From assembly GCA_005879535.1 (NCBI GenBank), contig VBKI01000047.1, positions 88,731 through 152,730 on the forward strand: a stretch of DNA of 64,000 nucleotides, read 5' to 3'. The stretch's first letter is position 1. Every line of letters starts with the position of its first letter. Below, one piece after another: positions 18,998 to 27,787 of the stretch. The position numbers were made by a program, and so were the translations under genes. The DNA is from Deltaproteobacteria bacterium (lineage in GTDB: Bacteria > Myxococcota > Myxococcia > Myxococcales > 40CM-4-68-19). The notes under the pieces were generated by a model that searched no databases, had not been told where the DNA came from, and was given only the letters and a program-made list of their open reading frames with translations.

Positions 18998-19963
18998 TCA
19001 GCGCGCAGGATCGGCGACGGCGACTTTGTTCACCCCGCTGCAGGCCAGGTACAGGCGGCCGTCCGGCGTCGACACCATGTTGCGTACGACCCCCCCGCCC
19101 GAGGCAATCGGAGTGGCGGAGAATTGCTTCGTTCGCGGGTCGAATCGCACCAACGTGTTGGGCGTCACCCCGGACTCGCTGTACCAGACGCTTCCATCCG
19201 GAACGACGGCGATGCCGTACGGGCGCGAGGAAGGCCCGCCCGGCGAAGCCCATTCCTCGATCTTGCCGGCCGTCAGATCCAGCCGGCCGAGAAAACCTCG
19301 CGCGTAATCGCTGTAATAGACGCTGCCGTCGGCCGCGAGCGCCAGCCGGCGTGGGCGGGCGCCGTCCGGCAGCGGGTACTCGCGGATGGCCATCGTTTGC
19401 GGGTCGATCGTCGCGAGCTTGTTCGAGCCGAACTCGCAGAAGACCGGCGTCCCTTGCGCGGTGATGACCATGCCGTAGGGCTTCGAGTCGCGCGTAGGGA
19501 CCTCGCGCAGCTCCATCTTGCCGCTTCCTGGGTCGAGCCGTCCGACGGCGTTCGCCTGTTGCATCGTGAACCAGAGCCGGCCGCGTGAATCGATCGCCGG
19601 CGTATGTGGGTCCGCGTGCGCGAGCGAGACCGGGAACTCGGCGACCTTTCCGTTTTTCGGGTCGAGCTTTCCCACGTACCCCTTGTAGTTGGCAGTGAAC
19701 CAGATGTTGCCCTCGCGGTCGGCGATCAGCCCGTGCGGGCCAGAGTCTGCGGTCGGCAGCGGATACTCGCGGATCCGGCCGCTCTTTGGGTCGAGCCTGC
19801 CCAGCTTGTTCGCCTTCTGCTCCGTGAACCAGAGAGAGCCGTCCGGCGCGACGGCCGGATCATGCGGACGTGCATCCGGTGTCGGCAGATCGAACTCGCG
19901 GATGGAGACGGGTGCCGCCGCGAGAAGCGCAACCACCGCGGTACCGAGGAATGGATGAGCCAT
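18998..19963 (-). CDS. Vgb (streptogramin/virginiamycin B lyase)-like beta-propeller protein, exported
   Basis: Signal peptide MAHPFLGTAVVALLAAAP. Repeated blades include PHDPAVAPDGSLWFTE, GPHGLIADREGNIWFT, PHTPAIDSRGRLWFT, PYGMVITAQG, PRRLALAADGSVYYSD and PYGIAVVPDGSVWYSE. Confidence 0.8.
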   Translation of the reverse strand: MAHPFLGTAVVALLAAAPVSIREFDLPTPDARPHDPAVAPDGSLWFTEQKANKLGRLDPKSGRIREYPLPTADSGPHGLIADREGNIWFTANYKGYVGKLDPKNGKVAEFPVSLAHADPHTPAIDSRGRLWFTMQQANAVGRLDPGSGKMELREVPTRDSKPYGMVITAQGTPVFCEFGSNKLATIDPQTMAIREYPLPDGARPRRLALAADGSVYYSDYARGFLGRLDLTAGKIEEWASPGGPSSRPYGIAVVPDGSVWYSESGVTPNTLVRFDPRTKQFSATPIASGGGVVRNMVSTPDGRLYLACSGVNKVAVADPAR

Positions 19964-20044
19964 CTCATCACCTCACTGAAGGAACACAGTGGGCTTGGCA
20001 CGGCGCGGCTGCGCCCGCAAGCTGCGCGGGCGAGGAGGCACGGC

Positions 20045-20263
20045 ATGGAACAGAGAAGGCGTCGGGATCTGCTGGTGGCCGGCATCGCGCTGGCAGCGTT
20101 TCCCGCGAGCGGCGCCGGCAAGAAAGCCAAGGAGGACCAGCAATTCGAGGAGAAGGAGCACGAGTTGCTCGGGGAGAACGGTTTCGAGAAGGCCGTCGCC
20201 GAGGTGGCGGAGTTGGAAAGGGGCCTCGCCATTTTTGATCTTGCGAAGTTTACCCCTCGATGA
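20045..20263 (+). CDS. small protein with twin-arginine-like signal (72 aa)
   Basis: MEQRRRRDLLVAGIALAAFPASGAG is followed by a charged helix-like tail. GC3 is mostly high. The upstream part of ORF 19604..20263 is antisense to the Vgb-like gene. Confidence 0.45.
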   Translation: MEQRRRRDLLVAGIALAAFPASGAGKKAKEDQQFEEKEHELLGENGFEKAVAEVAELERGLAIFDLAKFTPR

Positions 20264-20345
20264 ATGACGCTCCTTTCGCAGCCATCGTGGAGCGCTCCCT
20301 ACCGCTTCGGAGCGGAGAACGGCAGAGGATCGCCGGGCTGCCGAT

Positions 20346-21101
20346 TCAGAGCCTGTTCGCTACGCGCCGCAGCACGCCGGCGGGATCCTTCGAGATCACT
20401 CCTCCGTGGCAGGGGATCAGCCGGACCAATCCGGGGGTTTCGGCGAGGCGGAGCAGATGATTGCGCACGCGGCGCCGATCGCGGAGCGCAAACCAGCGCG
20501 CCAGCATCGTCACCCGCGGGCCGCCCGTCGAACCGAGCAGACGCAGGAGCAAGCCGTCGAGACCGGGCAGGTGCGGCAGATTCATGACGGTATCGCCGAA
20601 GAAGCAGAGCGAGGAGCGTCCTCCGCTGCTCGCGAGCAGCACCGGCTCATCGAGTTTGGTGCCCTCGATCGGCACGACCGAGACGTTCCGATCACGGGGC
20701 GCGTCTTCCCATCCGCCGTCCACCGGGGCCCTCTGCTCGACGCGGTGGCGCGATCCAGCCCCGGTCAGGATCCGCAGCTCGGGATAACGCCGCTTGAAGG
20801 CCGCGATGTCGAGGCGATGCAACGAGTTCGGCACAAGGAGGCAGGCGGGGTCGCCAAACGTCTCGATCTTGCGCATCGCCTCTTCGCGCAGCGGCATGGC
20901 ATTGAGGAAGAGGAGCCGTCCGTCGGTCGTGCGCGCGATGCACATCCTGCGCGGCACGTGCCCCCGCGGAAGAACGCCTTCCACGGCCCAGAGGTTTGCC
21001 TCGAGCTTCTCGATGGGGCCGTGGCGGAGGACCGTCCAGGGGCGCTCGGTCGCGGCGATGAACTTTCGCAGATCGCCGTGCAACGAGTTTGAGAGCGGCA
21101 C
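20346..21101 (-). CDS. DUF4336/MBL-fold-like protein
   Basis: Coding signal runs from the GTG at 21101 (VPLSNSLHGDLRKFIAATERPWTVL...) to the stop at 20346. ...LLVPNSLHRLDIAAFKRRYPELRI...CFFGDTVMN... resembles DUF4336. Start uncertain. Confidence 0.5.
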   Translation of the reverse strand: MPLSNSLHGDLRKFIAATERPWTVLRHGPIEKLEANLWAVEGVLPRGHVPRRMCIARTTDGRLLFLNAMPLREEAMRKIETFGDPACLLVPNSLHRLDIAAFKRRYPELRILTGAGSRHRVEQRAPVDGGWEDAPRDRNVSVVPIEGTKLDEPVLLASSGGRSSLCFFGDTVMNLPHLPGLDGLLLRLLGSTGGPRVTMLARWFALRDRRRVRNHLLRLAETPGLVRLIPCHGGVISKDPAGVLRRVANRL

Positions 21102-21117
21102 CGGGGTCCATGCCCGC

Positions 21118-21285
21118 CTAGCGAACGAAGTGGCCACGGGCGGGTTCCTGGCTGGAGTTGGGAGCGGCGACGAAGATGGAATGCTGGCGACGTGCTTCGC
21201 CCAACCGGGTCGCAGCGACCGCGAAACCGATGAACCAGGCGACCAGCATTCCGACCGCAAAACCCCATGCGCGCATCCTGTCCAT
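21118..21285 (-). CDS. small single-pass membrane protein (55 aa)
   Basis: GAGGAGGG lies 6-8 nt upstream of the ATG at 21285. MDRMRAWGFAVGMLVAWFIGFAVAATRL... contains one TM helix. Confidence 0.55.
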   Translation of the reverse strand: MDRMRAWGFAVGMLVAWFIGFAVAATRLGEARRQHSIFVAAPNSSQEPARGHFVR

Positions 21286-21400
21286 GGCATTCCCTCCTCG
21301 TCTTTCCCGCACTGAGCAGGCCGCGTGCCAGAGCAAAGTGGCCTGATTCCAGTCGAAGGCGGCAGGAGGGCGGCGGTGCGGCAGTAGCGCCAGCGTGGCG

Positions 21401-21769
21401 CTACATGGGTCGCGATTGGGAGAGACGGTCCAAGGAGGGAGGCCGGCCAAACCGGATCGTCGCGTATCCGGTGAGCAGACCCACCAGGCTGCCGGGAAGG
21501 ATGATCTCCAGGTAGTACTTCCCGCCCATCTGGGCGATGAAGAAGGCGAGCAAGGCGCCGATGAAGGTGCCGAATGCGAGCGTCCAGCCCAGGCTCGGCA
21601 CCTTGCGCGCGAAAAGACCGATGATCGCGCCGGCCACGAGGCCCTTGCACGTCGAGCCCACCACGATCCCGAGCATCTGGGAGCGCGCTTCGGGAGTGAA
21701 CCAGGCGGTGAGGCCATCGAGAATTCCGAGCACGCCGCCAACCAGGACTCCCACTGTGATGCGGTTCAT
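21401..21769 (-). CDS. integral membrane protein (about 4 TM, Gly-rich helices)
   Basis: GGAG lies upstream of the ATG at 21769. MNRITVGVLVGGVLGILDGLTAWF...GLVAGAIIGLFA...FGTFIGALLAFFIAQ...LPGSLVGLLTGY. Confidence 0.7.
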   Translation of the reverse strand: MNRITVGVLVGGVLGILDGLTAWFTPEARSQMLGIVVGSTCKGLVAGAIIGLFARKVPSLGWTLAFGTFIGALLAFFIAQMGGKYYLEIILPGSLVGLLTGYATIRFGRPPSLDRLSQSRPM

Positions 21770-21843
21770 TGTCAGCTCCGGGTGAACAAGGGCGCGAATT
21801 TGCGCCCCTTGCTTCTTCCCTTGTCCGCCGTGGCGGATTCCTT

Positions 21844-22764
21844 TCACCGGCCCGTGAAGAGGAAGATCAGCGCGCGTCCCGCGAGATACGTCAGGACGAT
21901 TCCGATCGCGATCCGGTGCCGCTTCGCCACGCGCACCGCGCGGTCGAAGAACGTCTCCCGATAGGCGGATACCGCCTTGCCGTCGAGTAAACGGCTGACG
22001 TCCTGCGCGAGGGAGGGGATGTCCGGGTATCGATCGTCCTGCCGCTCGGCGATCGCTTTCGCGATGATGCCTCTCAGGGCCGCGGGTGAGTGGTCCGCGG
22101 CCATCCACCGCAGCAGCGCGCCGAGCGAGTAGACGTCGGTGCGCGCATCCACGCCGGCGCTGCCTCCGGACTGTTGTTCCGGGGACATGAAGCCCGCTGT
22201 TCCCAGGACTGCGCTCTCGCCAGTGTCGCGCACCGGCAAAAGCTCGCCGTCTCCCAGCACCTTGGCCAGTCCCCAATCGAGCACCAGCACCTCGCCGAAG
22301 GCGCCGACCATCACATTCTCAGGCTTCAGATCGCGGTGCAGGACGCCTTGCGCGTGTGCGAAGGCCACGGCTTCCGCGATCCGCAGGAAGAGGCGCAGGC
22401 GCTCGGCCAGCGGGAGCGGCCGCGCCAGGGCCCGGTCGAGCCGGTCTCCCTGCACCCATTTCATCGTGTAGAAGGCCCGCCCGTCGGGGAGCGAACCCAC
22501 GTCGTGGACCGGAACGATCCCGGGATGCTCGAGTCGTGCCAGCACTTGAGCTTCGCGGCGCAAGCGGGCCTCGATGCCGGCGTCCGGCACGTCGATCACC
22601 TTGAGCGCGACCCGCCGCTTGAGCTCGGTATCTTCCACGACGTAGACGGTGCCCATGCCGCCGGTGCCAGCGACGCCGGCGAGGCGGTACTTCGTCCGCG
22701 AGAGATCCGGCTCGCGCACCGCCGCGCGCAACCGTGAGAGCGCGCCGTCGTCGAGTCGGGTCAC
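21844..22764 (-). CDS. Ser/Thr protein kinase, tail-anchored (single C-terminal TM, no extracytoplasmic domain)
   Basis: The GTG at 22764 overlaps the sigma-factor TGA (GTGA). Motifs GTGGMGTVY, ALKV, HRDLKPENV, DWGLA and GTAGFMSPE. The C-terminus is HRIAIGIVLTYLAGRALIFLFTGR*. Confidence 0.9.
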   Translation of the reverse strand: MTRLDDGALSRLRAAVREPDLSRTKYRLAGVAGTGGMGTVYVVEDTELKRRVALKVIDVPDAGIEARLRREAQVLARLEHPGIVPVHDVGSLPDGRAFYTMKWVQGDRLDRALARPLPLAERLRLFLRIAEAVAFAHAQGVLHRDLKPENVMVGAFGEVLVLDWGLAKVLGDGELLPVRDTGESAVLGTAGFMSPEQQSGGSAGVDARTDVYSLGALLRWMAADHSPAALRGIIAKAIAERQDDRYPDIPSLAQDVSRLLDGKAVSAYRETFFDRAVRVAKRHRIAIGIVLTYLAGRALIFLFTGR

Positions 22765-23510
22765 GCCGCGTCCTCCCCCAGGAGCGCGCGGGCCTCCTCG
22801 AGGAATTCCTCTTCGCTGGCGGTCAGCTCGCGCAGGACTTCGAGCACGACATGCCGCAGCTCGCGCCGGACGCGGAACAGGCGATTGGTCACGTCGGTCA
22901 CCGCGATGCCGAATCGCTGCGCCAGCTCGGCGTACGTTGGACGGGCGTCGTCGAGGTCGTACTGCTCGAGCAGGGCGTAGTGACCCGCTTTTCCCGCTTG
23001 CGCGCAGGCGTCGCGCAGACGCCGCAGCGCGGTGGCGAAGACCCCGCGCGCCCACTGCTTTTCGAACAGCGACTCCGGCGATTGGACGGTGTCGGCGACG
23101 CGCTCCAGTTCCTCCCGCGCGTCCTCGAAGTCGAATGGCACGGGCTCCACACCGCCACCTCGCTTCTGACGCCCGGCCGCCTTGTCGTGGTTGCTCACCA
23201 GGCCGTCGATGCAGACGCGCAGATACGTCCGCAAGCGGGCCCGGGAAGGATCGAAGCGCGACAGCAGATCGTTTTCCACCAGCTCGGTGAAGAACTCCTG
23301 CGCCAGGTCCGCCGCGTCTTCGTGCGGCCTGCGCCAGCGAAACCGCAGGTAGCTGTATACCGGCCGCCAGTACACGGAGGACAGCGTGGCAAGCCCGCGG
23401 GCGCGCTCGGTTGCGTCCGCGCTGCGCACCGAAACCAGGGCGGAATGCCGGGTGGGCGGGAATCCTCGCACCAGATCCATGCGGTCCTCATGCGCCGGGA
23501 AAAGACCCAT
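22761..23510 (-). CDS. ECF (sigma-70 family group 4) RNA polymerase sigma factor
   Basis: Region 2-like ...DAADLAQEFFTELV... and region 4 HTH ...TYAELAQRFGIAVTDVTNRLFRVRRELR. The start is taken at Met-26 of the ORF (23510), because the upstream part overlaps the DUF1330 gene. ATG 23480 is an alternative. Confidence 0.85.
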   Translation of the reverse strand: MGLFPAHEDRMDLVRGFPPTRHSALVSVRSADATERARGLATLSSVYWRPVYSYLRFRWRRPHEDAADLAQEFFTELVENDLLSRFDPSRARLRTYLRVCIDGLVSNHDKAAGRQKRGGGVEPVPFDFEDAREELERVADTVQSPESLFEKQWARGVFATALRRLRDACAQAGKAGHYALLEQYDLDDARPTYAELAQRFGIAVTDVTNRLFRVRRELRHVVLEVLRELTASEEEFLEEARALLGEDAA

Positions 23511-23544
23511 CGTACAGCGTTCCGCGCACTCCCGTGCGCGGGCG

Positions 23545-23913
23545 CTATCGTCCCGGCCAATCGTCCATTGGCAGGAGGGCGACATCGCGCAGGGCTGCGC
23601 TGCGCTGCGGCGCGATCGCGCGCCAGGCGGGAGTCGCCAGCATGTCGAGATAGGCAGCCCGATTCGGGTACCGCACCAAAACGACGGCGTCCCAATCCTG
23701 CCCCGGCGCGGCGAGCAGCGGCTCCACGCACTCGCCCGCGTACAGGACCTGGCCGCCGAACGATCTCACGATGGGCTGCGCCGCCACGGAGTAGCCGAGA
23801 TACTGGTCACGTCCGCCCTCGGCGAATCGGAGTAGCTGCACGAGCACGAACGGCCTGCCGCTGTCGCCCTTGCGGAAGCGTTCCAGCTCGCTGCTGCCCG
23901 GGTCGATGCCCAT
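23545..23913 (-). CDS. DUF1330 domain protein
   Basis: ...PFVLVQLLRFAEGG...YLGYSVAAQPIVRSFGGQVLYAG...WDAVVLVRYPNRAAYLDMLATPAW... matches the DUF1330 pattern. Confidence 0.75.
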   Translation of the reverse strand: MGIDPGSSELERFRKGDSGRPFVLVQLLRFAEGGRDQYLGYSVAAQPIVRSFGGQVLYAGECVEPLLAAPGQDWDAVVLVRYPNRAAYLDMLATPAWRAIAPQRSAALRDVALLPMDDWPGR

Positions 23914-23931
23914 GCCGCACCTCTAGCACGG

Positions 23932-25161
23932 TCAGCGCACGTGCTGCTCGATCCAGGCGGCCGCCGCAAGCAGCTCCGCGTCACGCCCGCGGCGCCCGAC
24001 GATCTGAAGACCGATGGGTAATCCGGCGGGTCCTTTCAGGACAGGCAGGGAAAGACAAGGGACGCCGAGCAAGGTCCAGATGCGGCAGAAGATCGGGTCG
24101 CCGGTGGCGCCGAGACCTTCCGGAGCTTCGCCAACCGCGGCCGGCGTCAGCAGCACGTCGACCTGCTCGAACGTCGCGTCGATCTCGCGGCGGCAACGTT
24201 CTGCTTGCTCGCGGGCCGCCGCGAGGCGGTTCGGCGTCACCTTGGCCCCTGCGCGGAGGAACTCACGGAGCTTCGGGCTGAGGCGTTCTTCCGGCTCGTC
24301 GCCGAGCGTCTCCGCCGCCTCCGCGCCCATGATCGCGATCTGCGCATCGATCAAGCCCGCGAACGACGCCCCAGTATCGACGTCGCGCGCGCCGAGCGCC
24401 TTGGCCGCCTGCTCCACCGCAGTCTGCGTCTCCAGTGCGGCGTGGGCCCAGGCCTCCGTCCGGCAGAACCCGAGTCGGGGATGCGCCGGCCGGATCTGCA
24501 GGGGCGACGCCGCAAGGACGGACACGAGGAGCGGGATGTCGTCGAGCGCGCGAACGAAGAGGCCCAGGGTGTCGAGCGATGGCGCGAGCGGGTGGACGCC
24601 TTCCAGCGGAAGCAGGCCAAAGCTGGGCTTGAACCCCATCACGCCACAGTACGAAGCAGGGCGGATCACCGAGCCTGCCGTCTGCGACCCGAGCGCCGCG
24701 GGAACCATTCCGTCGGCGACCGCCGCCGCGGAGCCGCTGGACGAGCCGCCCGGCGTCCGCGAGGGATCGTGGGGATTTCGCGTCTTGCCCGGGGAGTAGA
24801 CGGCGAACTCCGTGGTCACCGTCTTCCCGAGCACGATCGCGCCTGCCTCCCGCAGCCGGCGGACGGACTCGGCGTCGTGCGAAGGCTGGTGGCCGCGGTG
24901 GATCGGGGACCCGTATGCGGTGGGCAGGTCGGCCGTGTCGATCAGATCCTTGACGCCGATCGGAAGCCCGTACAGCGGCGGCCGATCGCGCAGGGCGTCG
25001 ATGCGCCGCGCTTCGGCGATTGCGGCTTCTGCGTCGAGCGCTTCCCAGGCCTGGACTACGGGCTCTCGCTCGGCGATGCGCGCAAGACATCTCCGCACCA
25101 GCTTTTCGGCGGAGATCTCGCGGCGGGAAAGCTGCGCGACGGCTTCGGCAGCGCCGATCAT
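23932..25161 (-). CDS. amidase (amidase-signature family)
   Basis: GLPIGVKDLID...GGSSSGSAAAVA...GSQTAGSVIRPASYCG is the AS signature with the Ser-cisSer-Lys region. The ATG at 25161 overlaps the upstream stop (ATGA). Confidence 0.9.
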   Translation of the reverse strand: MIGAAEAVAQLSRREISAEKLVRRCLARIAEREPVVQAWEALDAEAAIAEARRIDALRDRPPLYGLPIGVKDLIDTADLPTAYGSPIHRGHQPSHDAESVRRLREAGAIVLGKTVTTEFAVYSPGKTRNPHDPSRTPGGSSSGSAAAVADGMVPAALGSQTAGSVIRPASYCGVMGFKPSFGLLPLEGVHPLAPSLDTLGLFVRALDDIPLLVSVLAASPLQIRPAHPRLGFCRTEAWAHAALETQTAVEQAAKALGARDVDTGASFAGLIDAQIAIMGAEAAETLGDEPEERLSPKLREFLRAGAKVTPNRLAAAREQAERCRREIDATFEQVDVLLTPAAVGEAPEGLGATGDPIFCRIWTLLGVPCLSLPVLKGPAGLPIGLQIVGRRGRDAELLAAAAWIEQHVR

Positions 25162-26270
25162 GCCGCGCACCAGGCGCGCGCGAGCTGCGTGTAGATTTCG
25201 ACGCACTGCTCGATTCGATCGACGCGGCAGTGCTCGTCCGTCTGATGGCAGAGCGCCATCTCGCCGGGACCGAGGACGACGGTCGGAATGCCGCCGTACG
25301 CCGGCGTGAGAACGCTCGCGTCGGTGAAATAGGTGGCCGTACCTGGCGGCTCCTGCTCGCCCGTGACGGACGCGGTCACCTCCACCACCTGTCGGACGAA
25401 GGAATCATCCGCGGGCGTGCGCACGCCTTTCAGGTCGACGGTCGGAGTCAGCTCGACGTCCGGGCCCAGCAGCGCCTCGAGCTGCTGGCGCAGCTCCGCA
25501 TGCCGCTGCGCGGGAATGGTGCGGATGTCGATGCCGATCACCGCTTCGTCCGGCACCGAGTTGACGTTCAGACCGCCCTTGATGGTGCCCACGTTGAGGG
25601 TCGGCGCGCCGAGCAGCGGATCGGGCGCTACGTCGAAGCGGAAGGCGCTCAGCGCCAGCACCGCCTGTGCGGCCTTGATCACCGCGTTCACGCCCATCTG
25701 CGGCATCGACCCGTGCGCGGTCACGCCGCGGGTGCGCGCGCGCAGCCAGAGCGCGCCCTTGTGGCCGATCACTGGCCGGTTTCCAGTCGGCTCGCCGACC
25801 ACGAGCGCGCCGGCGTGACCCAACGCCCCCGGCACCTTTGCGAGGTGCGCTGCTCCCTCGCAGCCGGTCTCTTCGCCTGCGACCAGCACCAGCGTGATCC
25901 CCGCCTTGTGCAAAGGCGTCTTCGCCAGTCGCAAGGCCGCCGCGACCATCGCGGCGACGCCGCTCTTCATGTCGCTCGAGCCGCGCCCGTACAGCTTCCC
26001 GCCGTCCAACTCGCCGCCGAAGGGGTCGCGCGTCCACGGCGCGGCGCCGAGGGGCACGGTGTCGAGATGGCCCGCGAAACAGATGGGCAACCCGGGCCCC
26101 TCGCGCCGCGCGACGAGGGAGGCCCGCCCCGCGGCGAACTCGTGGGTCGCCACGCTGTAGCCCGCCTCGACGAGAAGCTGTCCCAGCCGCTCCGCGGCGG
26201 GCCGCTCGGCGCTCTGCGGATTGACCGTGTCGATGCGGACCAGATCGCGCGTCAGCTCGACGGCATTCAC
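25158..26270 (-). CDS. M20 family metallopeptidase (ArgE/DapE/acylase-like)
   Basis: ...FAGHLDTVP...GRGSSDMKSG...VAGEETG...HGSMP... The start overlaps the livF stop (ATGA). Confidence 0.9.
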   Translation of the reverse strand: MNAVELTRDLVRIDTVNPQSAERPAAERLGQLLVEAGYSVATHEFAAGRASLVARREGPGLPICFAGHLDTVPLGAAPWTRDPFGGELDGGKLYGRGSSDMKSGVAAMVAAALRLAKTPLHKAGITLVLVAGEETGCEGAAHLAKVPGALGHAGALVVGEPTGNRPVIGHKGALWLRARTRGVTAHGSMPQMGVNAVIKAAQAVLALSAFRFDVAPDPLLGAPTLNVGTIKGGLNVNSVPDEAVIGIDIRTIPAQRHAELRQQLEALLGPDVELTPTVDLKGVRTPADDSFVRQVVEVTASVTGEQEPPGTATYFTDASVLTPAYGGIPTVVLGPGEMALCHQTDEHCRVDRIEQCVEIYTQLARAWCAA

Positions 26271-27007
26271 GGGTTCCTCCTTCCGGCAGGCGCGCCGCCG
26301 GACCCAAAGTACGCTGCGCGGACCTGCTCGTCACCGAGCAGGCCGGCCGCCGTGCCCTGCGCGACGACCCGGCCCTGCGAGAGCACGTACCCGCGGTGCG
26401 CAATGGCGAGCGTCTGGTGCACGTTCTGTTCGACCAGAAAGACGGTGACACCCTGCTCGTTGATGCGGCGGATCACGGCGAAGTTCTCCATCACGAACAG
26501 CGGCGAGAGCCCCAGCGACGGCTCGTCGACGAGCAGCAACTTCGGCGCGCTCATCATTCCGCGCCCGATGGAGATCATGGCCTGCTCGCCCCCGGACATG
26601 GTTCCGGCGAGCTGCTCGCGGCGCTCAGCAAGGCGCGGAAAGGCCGCGAACACGCGCTCGAGCCGCTGCTGGATGACGCGCGGGTCCTGCTCGAGGTACG
26701 CGCCCAGGCGCAGGTTCTCGACCACCGTCAGCCGGGGAAACACTTTCCGCCCTTCGGGAATGCAGGCGATCCCTTGGGCGACGATCCGGTGCGTGGGCAG
26801 CCCGGTCAGATCCTGCTTGCCGAAGAGGATCCGTCCGCGCCGCGGCGGCGTCAGGCCCAGGATCGATCGGATGAGCGTCGTCTTGCCGGAACCATTCGAG
26901 CCGAGCAGGCAGGTGATGCTCCCGCGCTCGACGATGAGCGAGACGTCCTGCAGCACGTCGGCGCGGTCGTACGCGGTGAAGACGTTCTCGACGCGCAGCT
27001 CTTCCAT
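26267..27007 (-). CDS. livF: branched-chain-amino-acid-type ABC transporter ATP-binding protein
   Basis: Walker A GSNGSGKTT, signature MSGGEQ, Walker B LLLVDEPS. Confidence 0.9.
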   Translation of the reverse strand: MEELRVENVFTAYDRADVLQDVSLIVERGSITCLLGSNGSGKTTLIRSILGLTPPRRGRILFGKQDLTGLPTHRIVAQGIACIPEGRKVFPRLTVVENLRLGAYLEQDPRVIQQRLERVFAAFPRLAERREQLAGTMSGGEQAMISIGRGMMSAPKLLLVDEPSLGLSPLFVMENFAVIRRINEQGVTVFLVEQNVHQTLAIAHRGYVLSQGRVVAQGTAAGLLGDEQVRAAYFGSGGAPAGRRNP

Positions 27008-27010
27008 CCG

Positions 27011-27787
27011 CTACTCCAGCCCGAGATACGCCTGTCTGACTTGGGGATCACGTGAAACTTCGGCGTACGCGCCTTCGGCGATCTTCCGCCCATAGTTCAG
27101 CACCACGCACCGGCGGGTGACGCGCTCGATCACGGACATTTCGTGCTCGATGAGGATGATGGTCAGCCCGCCCACCGTCTGCTGGACCTGAAGGATGTCG
27201 TCCATCAGCCGCAGGGTCTCCTCATGCGTCATTCCAGCGGACGGTTCGTCGAGCAAGAGCAGCTTCGGCCGGCTGATCAGTGCCCGGCAGACTTCCACCC
27301 GCCGTCTGTCGATCATCGGGATCCGGCTGGCCGGTTCCATCATCCGGCCGGCCAGTGGCGGGTCGAAGATGTGCAAGAGCTCCTGCGCCGCGCGGTAGTT
27401 CTCGTCGATTTGCCGCCGGAGCGCCTGTCGCCGCACCAGGTTGAACCAGAGCCCGTGCTCGAGGTGCTGGTGATTGCCGACCATCAGGTTGTCGAAGATG
27501 GAGAGCGGCAGGCACAGGCGCGAGCGCTGGAAGGTGCGCGCGATGCCGATGCGGTAGATCCCCTGCGGACGCAGATCGGTGATGGGCGCGCCGGCGAACC
27601 GGATCTCGCCTGCGTCGGCGGGGAAGAGTCCCGTCAGCACGTTGAAGAACGTCGTCTTTCCCGATCCGTTGGGTCCGATCAGCCCGAGAACCGAGCCAGG
27701 GTCCACCTCCAGATCGAGACCATCGAGGGCGACCACGCCGCCGAAGCGGCGCGTCAGCCCGCGGCAGCTGAGGAGCGGCGCGGTCAC
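27011..27787 (-). CDS. livG: branched-chain-amino-acid-type ABC transporter ATP-binding protein
   Basis: The GTG at 27787 overlaps the livM stop (GTGA). (M)TAPLLSCRGLTRRFGGVVALDGL...GPNGSGKTT...LLLLDEPSAG. Confidence 0.9.
   Translation of the reverse strand: MTAPLLSCRGLTRRFGGVVALDGLDLEVDPGSVLGLIGPNGSGKTTFFNVLTGLFPADAGEIRFAGAPITDLRPQGIYRIGIARTFQRSRLCLPLSIFDNLMVGNHQHLEHGLWFNLVRRQALRRQIDENYRAAQELLHIFDPPLAGRMMEPASRIPMIDRRRVEVCRALISRPKLLLLDEPSAGMTHEETLRLMDDILQVQQTVGGLTIILIEHEMSVIERVTRRCVVLNYGRKIAEGAYAEVSRDPQVRQAYLGLE

Noticed and set aside
22761-23585. Full 274-aa sigma-factor ORF starting at 23585
   Set aside because: The first 25 codons overlap the 3' end of the DUF1330 gene and are not sigma-like. 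A start at 23510 or 23480 is preferred.
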